Below, piece after piece: positions 47,193 to 55,794 of a DNA stretch of 64,000 nt. The stretch comes from Candidatus Nomurabacteria bacterium. Its GTDB lineage: Bacteria; Patescibacteriota; Minisyncoccia; Phycocordibacterales; UBA9973. Location: contig JBPOHQ010000004.1 in assembly GCA_052035405.1 (NCBI GenBank), positions 6,687 through 70,686 on the forward strand. Reading direction: 5' to 3'. The notes beneath the pieces are model-generated. The model worked only from the letters and a program-made list of their open reading frames with translations, did no database searches and had not been told where the DNA came from. Made by a program: the position numbers and the translations under genes. How positions within the stretch are numbered: the stretch's first letter is position 1; every line of letters starts with the position of its first letter.

Positions 47193-48218
47193 ATGCAAAC
47201 TAAAATTATAGAAAGATATTTTTTCTTTGGGCTCTTATTAGCGACACTTGTTTTTACATTCTTTATTTTCCAGCCTTTTTGGATAGTTATAATTTTAGGA
47301 ATTGCTTTTTCGGTTGTATTTTACCCAGTATATGAATGGTTTAACAGGCGAAAATTACCTCACTGGCTCTCAAGTCTACTAACTGTAATTATTTTTACGA
47401 TAATTTTATTAGGACCAGTGCTTGGCATAGGAGCTATAGTTTTCAATCAAAGTCAGGATGCATATTTCTATTTAGTAACTGGCGGAAACTCAGGTACTTT
47501 TATTGATTCAGTAGAAACCGCAGTAAACAAAATACTCCCAGACAACGTAAATTTTGACGCTAGTCAGAAAATCTCCGATTTTGTATTTTTTATAACGAAC
47601 AACATAGCAAAGATATTTAGTAGTACTCTATCCGCGTTCTTCTCTTTCACTTTGATGCTACTAGCTATGTTTTATTTCTTTAAAGACGGACATGAATGGA
47701 AAAAAACTCTCATAAAATTAAGCCCACTTCGTGATGAAGATGATACCAAGATAATAAGGAAATTAACAAATGCAATAAACGGGGTCGTAAAAGGATACCT
47801 TCTCATAGGTCTTTTACAAGGCACACTTATGGGTGTCGGACTTTGGATTGTGGGTATTCCAAACCCTGCTCTTTGGGGAGTAGTGGCCGCTGTTGCATCA
47901 CTTATCCCTATGGTAGGAACAGGATTTGTGTCTGTACCAGCAATCATATATCTACTCGCTACAGGTGAGACTGGAGCTGCAATAGCATTACTTGCTTGGT
48001 CTGTGACACTTGTAGGAACTATTGACAATATGTTAAATCCATATCTCATAGGTGGAAAAATAAATCTACCTCCCCTCCTTGTGCTTATCTCTGTCTTGGG
48101 TGGTATATCATTATTGGGTCCTGTAGGAATTCTTGTAGGACCACTGACTCTTTCACTGCTTTATACTTTAATTTCAATTTACAAAAACGAATTCAAGGAT
48201 TCACAACAAGAAGTCTAA
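47193..48218 (+). CDS. AI-2E family transporter
   Basis: Multi-TM; IP.VG, DN...P.L, G..G..VGP. Confidence 0.9.
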   Translation: MQTKIIERYFFFGLLLATLVFTFFIFQPFWIVIILGIAFSVVFYPVYEWFNRRKLPHWLSSLLTVIIFTIILLGPVLGIGAIVFNQSQDAYFYLVTGGNSGTFIDSVETAVNKILPDNVNFDASQKISDFVFFITNNIAKIFSSTLSAFFSFTLMLLAMFYFFKDGHEWKKTLIKLSPLRDEDDTKIIRKLTNAINGVVKGYLLIGLLQGTLMGVGLWIVGIPNPALWGVVAAVASLIPMVGTGFVSVPAIIYLLATGETGAAIALLAWSVTLVGTIDNMLNPYLIGGKINLPPLLVLISVLGGISLLGPVGILVGPLTLSLLYTLISIYKNEFKDSQQEV

Positions 48219-48222
48219 CTTT

Positions 48223-49602
48223 ATGCCGATACAGTTTTACAATTCCCTAACGAAACAAAAAGAAATATTTAAGCCAATTAACGAAAAAAAAGTTAACATG
48301 TATTCTTGTGGGCCGACTGTCTACAACTATCCTCATATTGGTAATTATCGAGCATATATATTTGCAGACATCTTAAAAAGAACTCTTTTGTACGAAGGTT
48401 ATGATGTCAATCATGTAATGAATTTAACAGACGTAGATGACAAGACTATTCGTGACTCACAGAAAGAAGGAAAAAACTTAAAAGAATTTACCGAGTTTTA
48501 TAGTGAAGAATTTTTCAAAGACATACAAACGCTTAATATTGTTCCACCTGTAAAATTTACTAAGGCAACGAATTACATACCTGAGATGGTTCGAATTATT
48601 GATGATCTCTTGTTAAAAGGTATTGCCTACAAAAGTACTGACGGTAGCGTATATTTTGATATTAAAAAATTCTCAAGGTACGGGAAACTAAGTGGAGTAG
48701 ATATTCAAAACCAAAAAGCAAACGCACAAGGCAGAATTAAATCTGACGAGTACGATAAAGATAATGTAGAAGACTTCGCGTTATGGAAATCTTGGGACGA
48801 ATCTGACGGAGATGTTTTCTGGGATCCGTCTACTTGGATTGGAGTAGAGACAAAGTTAAGTAAAGGACGTCCTGGATGGCACATAGAATGTTCGGCAATG
48901 TCTATAGCGAACTTAGGTGATGAAATAGATATCCATACTGGTGGAGTAGACAATATGTTTCCCCATCACGAAAATGAAATCGCTCAATCTGAAGCCTACA
49001 CAGGTAAAACTTTTGTTAGATACTGGATGCATAATGAATGGGTTCTAGTAGACCACAAAAAAATGGCGAAGTCTGCAGGTAATTTCTATAAACTTCAAGA
49101 CTTAAAGGATCAAAAAATAAATCCCCTAGCCTATAGATTTTGGCTACTTATGGCAAGTTACAGGAGCAAGGTAAACTTCGTCTGGGAAGCCCTCCTCGGG
49201 GCTGAAATGGGCTTAAAAAGACTGTTTAGGCTCTACTTAGACCTTGGACCTAGTCTAGGTAAAATAGATCAAGTTTACAAGGATAAATTTAAAGCTTTTT
49301 TAGAAGATGACTTAGATACGCCTCGTGCACTAGCTTTGGTCTGGGAACTCATAAAAGACGAAACAATTTTAGACCAAGATAAAAAAGCAACTATTTTAGA
49401 CTTTGATAAAGTCCTAGGTCTTGGTTTTGAAAATCTAACCGAAGATGAGATCCCCGAAGAAGTTCTAATGCTCGCAAGAGAAAGAGAACAAGCTCGCAAA
49501 GAAAAAAACTTCAAAAGATCAGACGAATTACGTTCAGAAATAAATGCTCTTGGTTTTGAAATAAAGGATTCAGACACAGAACAAAAAATCTCTAAGAGAT
49601 AG
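48223..49602 (+). CDS. cysS: Cysteine-tRNA ligase
   Basis: CGPTVY..PHIGN, GRPGWHIECS, FPHHENE, KMAKS. Confidence 0.98.
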   Translation: MPIQFYNSLTKQKEIFKPINEKKVNMYSCGPTVYNYPHIGNYRAYIFADILKRTLLYEGYDVNHVMNLTDVDDKTIRDSQKEGKNLKEFTEFYSEEFFKDIQTLNIVPPVKFTKATNYIPEMVRIIDDLLLKGIAYKSTDGSVYFDIKKFSRYGKLSGVDIQNQKANAQGRIKSDEYDKDNVEDFALWKSWDESDGDVFWDPSTWIGVETKLSKGRPGWHIECSAMSIANLGDEIDIHTGGVDNMFPHHENEIAQSEAYTGKTFVRYWMHNEWVLVDHKKMAKSAGNFYKLQDLKDQKINPLAYRFWLLMASYRSKVNFVWEALLGAEMGLKRLFRLYLDLGPSLGKIDQVYKDKFKAFLEDDLDTPRALALVWELIKDETILDQDKKATILDFDKVLGLGFENLTEDEIPEEVLMLAREREQARKEKNFKRSDELRSEINALGFEIKDSDTEQKISKR

Positions 49603-49645
49603 TATTTATCTTAGAGATTTTTGTTATATATTTCTATTTTTTAAA

Positions 49646-50761
49646 TTAAAATAATTTTGAAATGTCGTTGTAAGTCACAAAAAGCATGAGCAGAATAAGA
49701 ATCCAGAATCCTATCATATTTGCTGTATTTGCAAAGTTTTGATTAAGTCTCTTTCCACGAATCTTTTCTATAAATAGAAATAATAATCTACCTCCATCAA
49801 GTGCTGGAAACGGTAGTAGATTTATAACTGCAAGATTTACTGAAATTAAGGCTGCAAAAGAAAGTAAGTAGGCAAATCCAAACTTAGAAGCATCTCCTAC
49901 CACACCCACCATACCTACAGGCCCAGTAAGTGCACCTGAGACATTTACACCACTCGCTGCTTCCCTGATAATAGTAAATAATCCGACAACTGTACCCTTC
50001 GTTACATTCCAGTTTAATTTCATACCTTCTACAAACGCACTAAAAAATGGAAGCTTCAGTACTCCTATTTCATCCATAGAAATACCAATTAACGCTTTAT
50101 CACTACCCTCTTTTTTTACAGCTTTCAGGTCAAAGATAGTTTGCTGTTTGTCGCCTCTTAAATAAGTGATAGCTATCTCTGTGTTAGAATGATCTGTGAT
50201 GAATTTTGAAAAATCTTCTACTTTTGGAAATAAAATACTATCCTCTGAATTTGAAGAAGTTGGTATACCTACATAAGTAATTTTGTCTCCAGTTTTAAGT
50301 CCAGCTTGTTCTGCTGGAGAATCTTTTAATACAGACACAATAGTCAGTTGAGTATTATCTAGAGATACACCAGAAGGAACACTTTGAGTAGAGGTAGGAA
50401 GTCCTGTCATAAAACCAACAGAAAAGAGTAACCATGCCAAAAGGAAATTTGCAGCGATACCAGCAAACAATACTATCGCTTGCTGCCACCTTGGTTTATT
50501 TACAAAACTTCTCGAAGCGTCTACACCATTAGTGTTCTCCTCATTAGGATCCTCTCCATAAATTTTTACAAAACCACCAATAGGTAGCCAATTTAAAGTA
50601 TATTCAGTCTCCCCTTTTTTAAATAAAGTCATTATTTTAGGTGGAAAACCAAAACCAAATTCATCTACTCTCACACCGAATTTTTTTGCAGTAAAAAAAT
50701 GTCCTGCCTCATGAACTAAAACCAAAGCTAACAATATGATGATAAATATAAGTATATTCAT
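49646..50761 (-). CDS. rseP: RseP/M50 intramembrane protease with PDZ domain
   Basis: HEAGH, P.GGFV, NLLPFPALDGG. Confidence 0.95.
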   Translation of the reverse strand: MNILIFIIILLALVLVHEAGHFFTAKKFGVRVDEFGFGFPPKIMTLFKKGETEYTLNWLPIGGFVKIYGEDPNEENTNGVDASRSFVNKPRWQQAIVLFAGIAANFLLAWLLFSVGFMTGLPTSTQSVPSGVSLDNTQLTIVSVLKDSPAEQAGLKTGDKITYVGIPTSSNSEDSILFPKVEDFSKFITDHSNTEIAITYLRGDKQQTIFDLKAVKKEGSDKALIGISMDEIGVLKLPFFSAFVEGMKLNWNVTKGTVVGLFTIIREAASGVNVSGALTGPVGMVGVVGDASKFGFAYLLSFAALISVNLAVINLLPFPALDGGRLLFLFIEKIRGKRLNQNFANTANMIGFWILILLMLFVTYNDISKLF

Positions 50762-50764
50762 GAA

Positions 50765-51316
50765 TTAATTCATTACTTCTTTTTCTTTCTTTTCAAAGAT
50801 TGATTCTAAATTTGCATTTGTTTCATCTATTATTTTTTGCAACTCTCCCTTTGCAAAGAATTTTTCGTCTTCGGTAAGTTTTCCAGCTTTCTCTTCTGCT
50901 TGAACTTCATCCCATATTCTCTCGCGTTCTTGTCTAACTGTGATTCTAGATTCTTCTAGCTTTTGCTTTAATACTTTAACCAAAGTCTGTCTAGTTTCTG
51001 TAGTAAGTTGTGGAAAGAGTACTCTTATACCTGCATCATCAGTCGCAACAGAAAGACCAAGATTTGCTGCCTGGATAGCTTTTTCGATAGCCTTTATTTG
51101 ATTTTTATCCCAGGGTACAATTCGGAGTGTTTTAGGATCTTCAATATTTACTGAAGCAATATTTTTTATAGGTCCATAATTTCCGTAAGATTCTACTGTG
51201 ACACCATCTAAGACCATCGGTGAAGCACGACCAATATTTAGCTGGCTAAATTCTTTACTTAAAAATTCTTCGACTTTTTTTAATTCATTCTTAAATTGTG
51301 AAAAATTGTAATTCAT
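50765..51316 (-). CDS. frr: Ribosome recycling factor
   Basis: GRASP..LD, IEKAI..ANLG, P.LT.E.R. Confidence 0.97.
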   Translation of the reverse strand: MNYNFSQFKNELKKVEEFLSKEFSQLNIGRASPMVLDGVTVESYGNYGPIKNIASVNIEDPKTLRIVPWDKNQIKAIEKAIQAANLGLSVATDDAGIRVLFPQLTTETRQTLVKVLKQKLEESRITVRQERERIWDEVQAEEKAGKLTEDEKFFAKGELQKIIDETNANLESIFEKKEKEVMN

Positions 51317-51323
51317 TACAGTA

Positions 51324-52052
51324 TTATACCATTTTTTCAGGTATTCCCAAGGCTATTGATTCCATAAGATTTTTTATCGAAGAACCTGGCTGTCTAAGAA
51401 ATTTACGAACCTTAAATATATTCTTAAAAACTTGGGTAGATAATAATCCCACATAATTCTTGGAAATCTTTTTATGTAAGACAGTTTCTAAACTATCCAA
51501 AAACCTCAATGCTCGAGCACGAGGTGAATCTTTTTCGTTATCCTGCTCTTCATCATCTTCAGTATTCAGCAACTCTTTTAGAAAGTCTATTCTCTTAGAT
51601 AATGGTAAAACTATAAATTCTTCAGCTTTCTTAGTATCTAAAGTGTTCAAAATATTTCCCTTAACGACATTAAACCTAGAGAGCAGTGTGGGTATAAATA
51701 ATTGTGTACTTGGAGTAATAACAAAAAAATGAGTATTGGGTATAGGCTCCTCAAACACTTTTAATAGTGAATTTTGTGCTTCTAATAAGAAACTATTTGC
51801 AGAAATTAAGAATATTCTCTTACTGTCTGAATTAGAAGCAAAAGACCTCTCACTAGTCATAGATTTTAAATTTCTCGCGTCATCTATCTTAAAACTGTCC
51901 ATATGAAGATTATATACATCTGGATTTCCCGTAGTCTCAATATGTAGATCGTTTAAGATAGCAAAAACTTGAGGAATGATTTCATTTTTATCACCCTCTA
52001 ATAGATATGCATGGTGTAAATTATTTTTATCTACTTGTAAAGAAATTTGCAT
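51324..52052 (-). CDS. holB: DNA polymerase III delta' subunit-like protein (degenerate)
   Basis: HAYL, AQNSLLK..EEP, T..SR. Confidence 0.75.
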   Translation of the reverse strand: MQISLQVDKNNLHHAYLLEGDKNEIIPQVFAILNDLHIETTGNPDVYNLHMDSFKIDDARNLKSMTSERSFASNSDSKRIFLISANSFLLEAQNSLLKVFEEPIPNTHFFVITPSTQLFIPTLLSRFNVVKGNILNTLDTKKAEEFIVLPLSKRIDFLKELLNTEDDEEQDNEKDSPRARALRFLDSLETVLHKKISKNYVGLLSTQVFKNIFKVRKFLRQPGSSIKNLMESIALGIPEKMV

Positions 52053-52061
52053 CTTTATAGA

Positions 52062-53075
52062 TTATTTTTTACTTAAAATTGCTTTTTTGTATACTTCTAA
52101 ATGCTCGAGTGCTATACCAGTCCCTTTCGCAACACAATACAGTGCATCATCAGCCACAGCTGCTTTTACTCCAGTTTTTCTATATACCAAATCGGCTAAA
52201 TTACGAAGAAGGGATGAACCACCAGTCATAATAATTCCATGATCTATGATATCAGATGCAAGTTCTGGAGGAGTTTCTCCTAAAACATCTTTAATTGCTT
52301 TAATTATCTGTTTTAATTCTCCATCAATAGCCTTTACTATCTCATTTGTACCCACTTGTGCACTACGAGGTAAACCTTGTATAAAGTCTCGTCCTTTAAT
52401 AGTAACTTTCAGCTCTTCTTCAAGTGGTACCGCTGCTCCAATTTTTATTTTAACTTCTTCAGCTGTTTTATCTCCAATAGCAAGATTAAAAGTTTTCTTT
52501 ATATAGTCGGCAATAGCGGCATCTATCTTATTACCTGCACATTTTACAGAAGTTGAAGCCACAATCCCTCCAAGAGAGATCACAGCAACATCGGTTGTAC
52601 CTCCTCCTATATCGACAATCATATACCCCTTTGATTCGTGAATCGGAATGCCAGCACCTATCGCAGCTAGAATCGGCTCCTTCACGACATACGCATTTTT
52701 TGCTCCGGCTTTTATTGCAGCTTCTATAACAGCTCTTCTTTGGGTTGAAGTTACACCTGCAGGCACAGATACCATCACATCTGGTTTGAAAAAATTAAAC
52801 TTACCCATAGCTTTATTTATGAAATATCGAAGCATTGCTTCTGTCACTCTGTAGTCTGCAATAACTCCATCCTTCATAGGTCTATATGCGATAATTGAAT
52901 CGGGCGTCTTCCCTATCATATTCTTTGCTTCAAAGCCGATTGCAAGGATTTTGTTGTCTTGTTCAGATACAGCTACCACAGAAGGTTCGTTTAAAACAAT
53001 ACCTTTTCCAGGCAAAAAAACGAGAGTATTTGCCGTTCCTAAATCTATCCCTAATTTTCTTGAAAAAATACCCAT
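52062..53075 (-). CDS. mreB: Rod shape-determining protein MreB
   Basis: GIDLGTANT, EPSVVA, VDIGGGTT, TGG..L. Confidence 0.97.
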   Translation of the reverse strand: MGIFSRKLGIDLGTANTLVFLPGKGIVLNEPSVVAVSEQDNKILAIGFEAKNMIGKTPDSIIAYRPMKDGVIADYRVTEAMLRYFINKAMGKFNFFKPDVMVSVPAGVTSTQRRAVIEAAIKAGAKNAYVVKEPILAAIGAGIPIHESKGYMIVDIGGGTTDVAVISLGGIVASTSVKCAGNKIDAAIADYIKKTFNLAIGDKTAEEVKIKIGAAVPLEEELKVTIKGRDFIQGLPRSAQVGTNEIVKAIDGELKQIIKAIKDVLGETPPELASDIIDHGIIMTGGSSLLRNLADLVYRKTGVKAAVADDALYCVAKGTGIALEHLEVYKKAILSKK

Positions 53076-53112
53076 AAAGACAATATATCACAGTATATGC
53101 TAGAATAAAAAC

Positions 53113-55074
53113 ATGAAGATTGTGACCGTCATTCCTCTCCAAAAGAACTCTTTTAAAGAAGAATTAACTTATTTTTCAGCTCAAAATATAGTTCTCGGTA
53201 GTATAGTGGCTATTAGTATTCGTAATAAAAACACCCTAGGATTAGTGGTCTCATCAATAGATGCAAGTGAAGCAAAGTCTCAAGTAAAAGATATGGATTT
53301 TAACTTAAAAAAAATAACAGAAACAAAAGAAATTTCTTTATTTAAAGAAGAACTGATTGAAACGTGTATACTAGCAAGTTCCTATTTTGCTACAAACAAG
53401 AGTGCTACTATTTCGACACTTATACCAAACATTCTCAAAGAGAAATACGATTATATATCTACGGTATATCTTGAAAACCAAAATAAAGTAAAATTATACG
53501 AAAGTAGTTCAAAAAATATTAAGGCAGAAAAACTCCTTTTCCAAGCACCGTACGAAGAACGTATGTCGTATTATAAAACTCTCATTAGGAGTTCTTTTGC
53601 GAATAAAAAATCTATTTTCATAGTACTTCCAACAGAAAATGATATACGTGATTTTGAAGAAATACTTAAAAAAGGAATTGAAAATTTTGTAGTGACTATC
53701 CATAGTGGATTAGGTCCAAAAAAATCCCTTGCCCAAGTAACTAAGATTATATCTTCAGAGCATCCCATATTAATACTTGGAACAGCTCCTTTTTTATCCA
53801 TTCCCAGACATGACTTAGAGACGATTATACTAGAACACGAAAGCAGCAATGCTTACAAAACCCTTTCAAGACCATTTATAGACCTTCGAATATTTGTTGA
53901 AATATTTGCTTCAAAACTCTATGCCAAACTCATATTAGGTGATACACTACTTCGCTTCGAGACTATTGGACGCAAAGAAATAGATGGATTGAATGAGTTA
54001 CGTCCGCTGTCTTTTAGAGTTAGTTTTGAGGGGAATATACGGATAATTGAAAAAAATAAGAAGAACATAGAAGAACAAAAGGAAACTCAAAAATTCAAAG
54101 TATTGAGCGATGAAAGTATAGAAGCGATACATAAGGCTATAAATAAAAATAAGAATGTATTTGTATTTTCTCTCCGTAAAGGATTGGCCACATTCACTGT
54201 ATGTAAAAGCTGTGGAAGCGAAGTCTCTTGTGACGCATGCATGGCCCCAGTAGTTCTATACACATCAAAAGATGGGACAAAAAGAATGTTTGTTTGTAAT
54301 AAATGTAAAATGGAAAAAAGTCCTGATATTACGTGCAGCTACTGTGATAGTTGGAATCTTGTCCCTCTAGGTATTGGCACTGATACCGTGTATGAAGATT
54401 TGAAAAGAAATTTCCCAAAAAATAAAATTTTTAAATTAGACAAAGAAATTGCACAAAATGCACATGAAGCAATAAAAATTATAAAAGAATTTGAAGAAAC
54501 AAAAGGAGCAATACTTGTGGGAACTGAAATGGCACTTTTTTATATTAAAGACAGCGTAACTCTTTCGTTGATAGCATCTTTTGATTCACTATGGAGTATT
54601 CCAAATTTTAAAATGAGTGAAAAAATACTTCAGATTATATTTACTATTATAAGTAAAACAGAAGATACATTGATAATTGAAACAAAGAATATTAACGACG
54701 GAGCAATCAGTGCTATTCAAACAGGTAATCTGATATCTTATGTAAGAGAAGAATTAAATGACAGAAAAGATTTAGGATACCCACCTTATAAAAGATTTAT
54801 AAAAGTGAGTTATTTAGGAGACAGAGAAAAAACAGCAAACACACGAAAAGCTCTCGCTCAGTTGTTTAGAGAATATAATCCAACAATTTTTGGAGGGTTT
54901 GTAGAAAAACTTAAAGGTAAATATACCACCAACATGTTATTAAAAATTGAACCAAGCAATTGGTCTATAGGAGAGTTATCTGTTGGTGGGAAAATAGATC
55001 AAGATATATCTCTTAGACTCCAGTCTCTACCCGCTGATTTTAAAATTCAACTAGACCCAGAAGACTTACTGTAG
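53113..55074 (+). CDS. priA: Primosomal protein PriA-like, helicase motifs degenerate
   Basis: N-terminal 3'-DNA-binding domain, four CxxC pairs, GIGT, R....YPPY. Confidence 0.85.
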   Translation: MKIVTVIPLQKNSFKEELTYFSAQNIVLGSIVAISIRNKNTLGLVVSSIDASEAKSQVKDMDFNLKKITETKEISLFKEELIETCILASSYFATNKSATISTLIPNILKEKYDYISTVYLENQNKVKLYESSSKNIKAEKLLFQAPYEERMSYYKTLIRSSFANKKSIFIVLPTENDIRDFEEILKKGIENFVVTIHSGLGPKKSLAQVTKIISSEHPILILGTAPFLSIPRHDLETIILEHESSNAYKTLSRPFIDLRIFVEIFASKLYAKLILGDTLLRFETIGRKEIDGLNELRPLSFRVSFEGNIRIIEKNKKNIEEQKETQKFKVLSDESIEAIHKAINKNKNVFVFSLRKGLATFTVCKSCGSEVSCDACMAPVVLYTSKDGTKRMFVCNKCKMEKSPDITCSYCDSWNLVPLGIGTDTVYEDLKRNFPKNKIFKLDKEIAQNAHEAIKIIKEFEETKGAILVGTEMALFYIKDSVTLSLIASFDSLWSIPNFKMSEKILQIIFTIISKTEDTLIIETKNINDGAISAIQTGNLISYVREELNDRKDLGYPPYKRFIKVSYLGDREKTANTRKALAQLFREYNPTIFGGFVEKLKGKYTTNMLLKIEPSNWSIGELSVGGKIDQDISLRLQSLPADFKIQLDPEDLL

Positions 55075-55078
55075 AAAA

Positions 55079-55435
55079 TTAACTGCTCTCTTTTTCAACT
55101 TCTTTTTTCTTTTCGAGAAATCTATCTATTTTTATTTTCATACGGGAAGAACGTATTGACCCGCGAAGAAATATATAAAATCCAAATAACACAAAGCCTA
55201 TACCGATATATTGTAATATGTTTATACCCGGCGACAACTGAAATAAGGTCACTCCTACCACGATAATTGTAAGACTAGTTCTAATGTATGCTAGAAAAGT
55301 TGCTTCATTAGTAAGTATCGTTCTTTCTATCGCTAGATAATCACGTAAGATTAAGTCCTTTGCACTAAATTCTTTGTACAATTCTTCATCGTTTGCCTTT
55401 GAATAAGCACTAAACATTTCTTTATAAAAATTCAT
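55079..55435 (-). CDS. DUF202 membrane protein
   Basis: RDYLAIERT.L.NE.TFLAYIRT. Confidence 0.88.
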   Translation of the reverse strand: MNFYKEMFSAYSKANDEELYKEFSAKDLILRDYLAIERTILTNEATFLAYIRTSLTIIVVGVTLFQLSPGINILQYIGIGFVLFGFYIFLRGSIRSSRMKIKIDRFLEKKKEVEKESS

Positions 55436-55524
55436 ATAATTTAGTTTGTTACAAAAGAAGTTTAAAGTCAAATTGACATCTAAGCCACATAAGCTAATAA
55501 TGAGTTTAATTAAACGTTCCTATT

Positions 55525-55644
55525 ATGATTATAAAAATAATTAAAAAAATCCTTTACCACCTTCTGGTATGGATTTTAGCACTAATTTTGTTTGTATCTT
55601 CAACAATAGCTATAACATACATAGCTATAAAGTTACATCTATAG
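55525..55644 (+). CDS. 39-aa single-TM microprotein
   Basis: MIIKIIKKILYHLLVWILALILFVSSTIAITYIAIKLHL*; TTGACA upstream, terminator downstream. Confidence 0.5.
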   Translation: MIIKIIKKILYHLLVWILALILFVSSTIAITYIAIKLHL

Positions 55645-55678
55645 TCCTTTTTGCAAGAAATGCGAAAGGGACTTTTTT
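55643..55678 (+). terminator. Intrinsic terminator
   Basis: AGTCCTTTTTGCA-AGAAA-TGCGAAAGGGACT + T run. Confidence 0.7.
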
Positions 55679-55692
55679 ATATAAACAAAAAT

Positions 55693-55733
55693 AAAAGGCC
55701 CGAGCAAAGTCAGACCAATTGTTCGGTCCTTTT
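55693..55733 (-). terminator. Terminator of the 790-aa gene
   Basis: AAAAGGACCGAACAA...TTGCTCGGGCCTTTT on the minus strand. Confidence 0.6.
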
Positions 55734-55794
55734 ACTCGAGCCTAAAGCTCTAACGTTCGTGGGCTGTTAACTCACACTACCCAATTTATTTATT

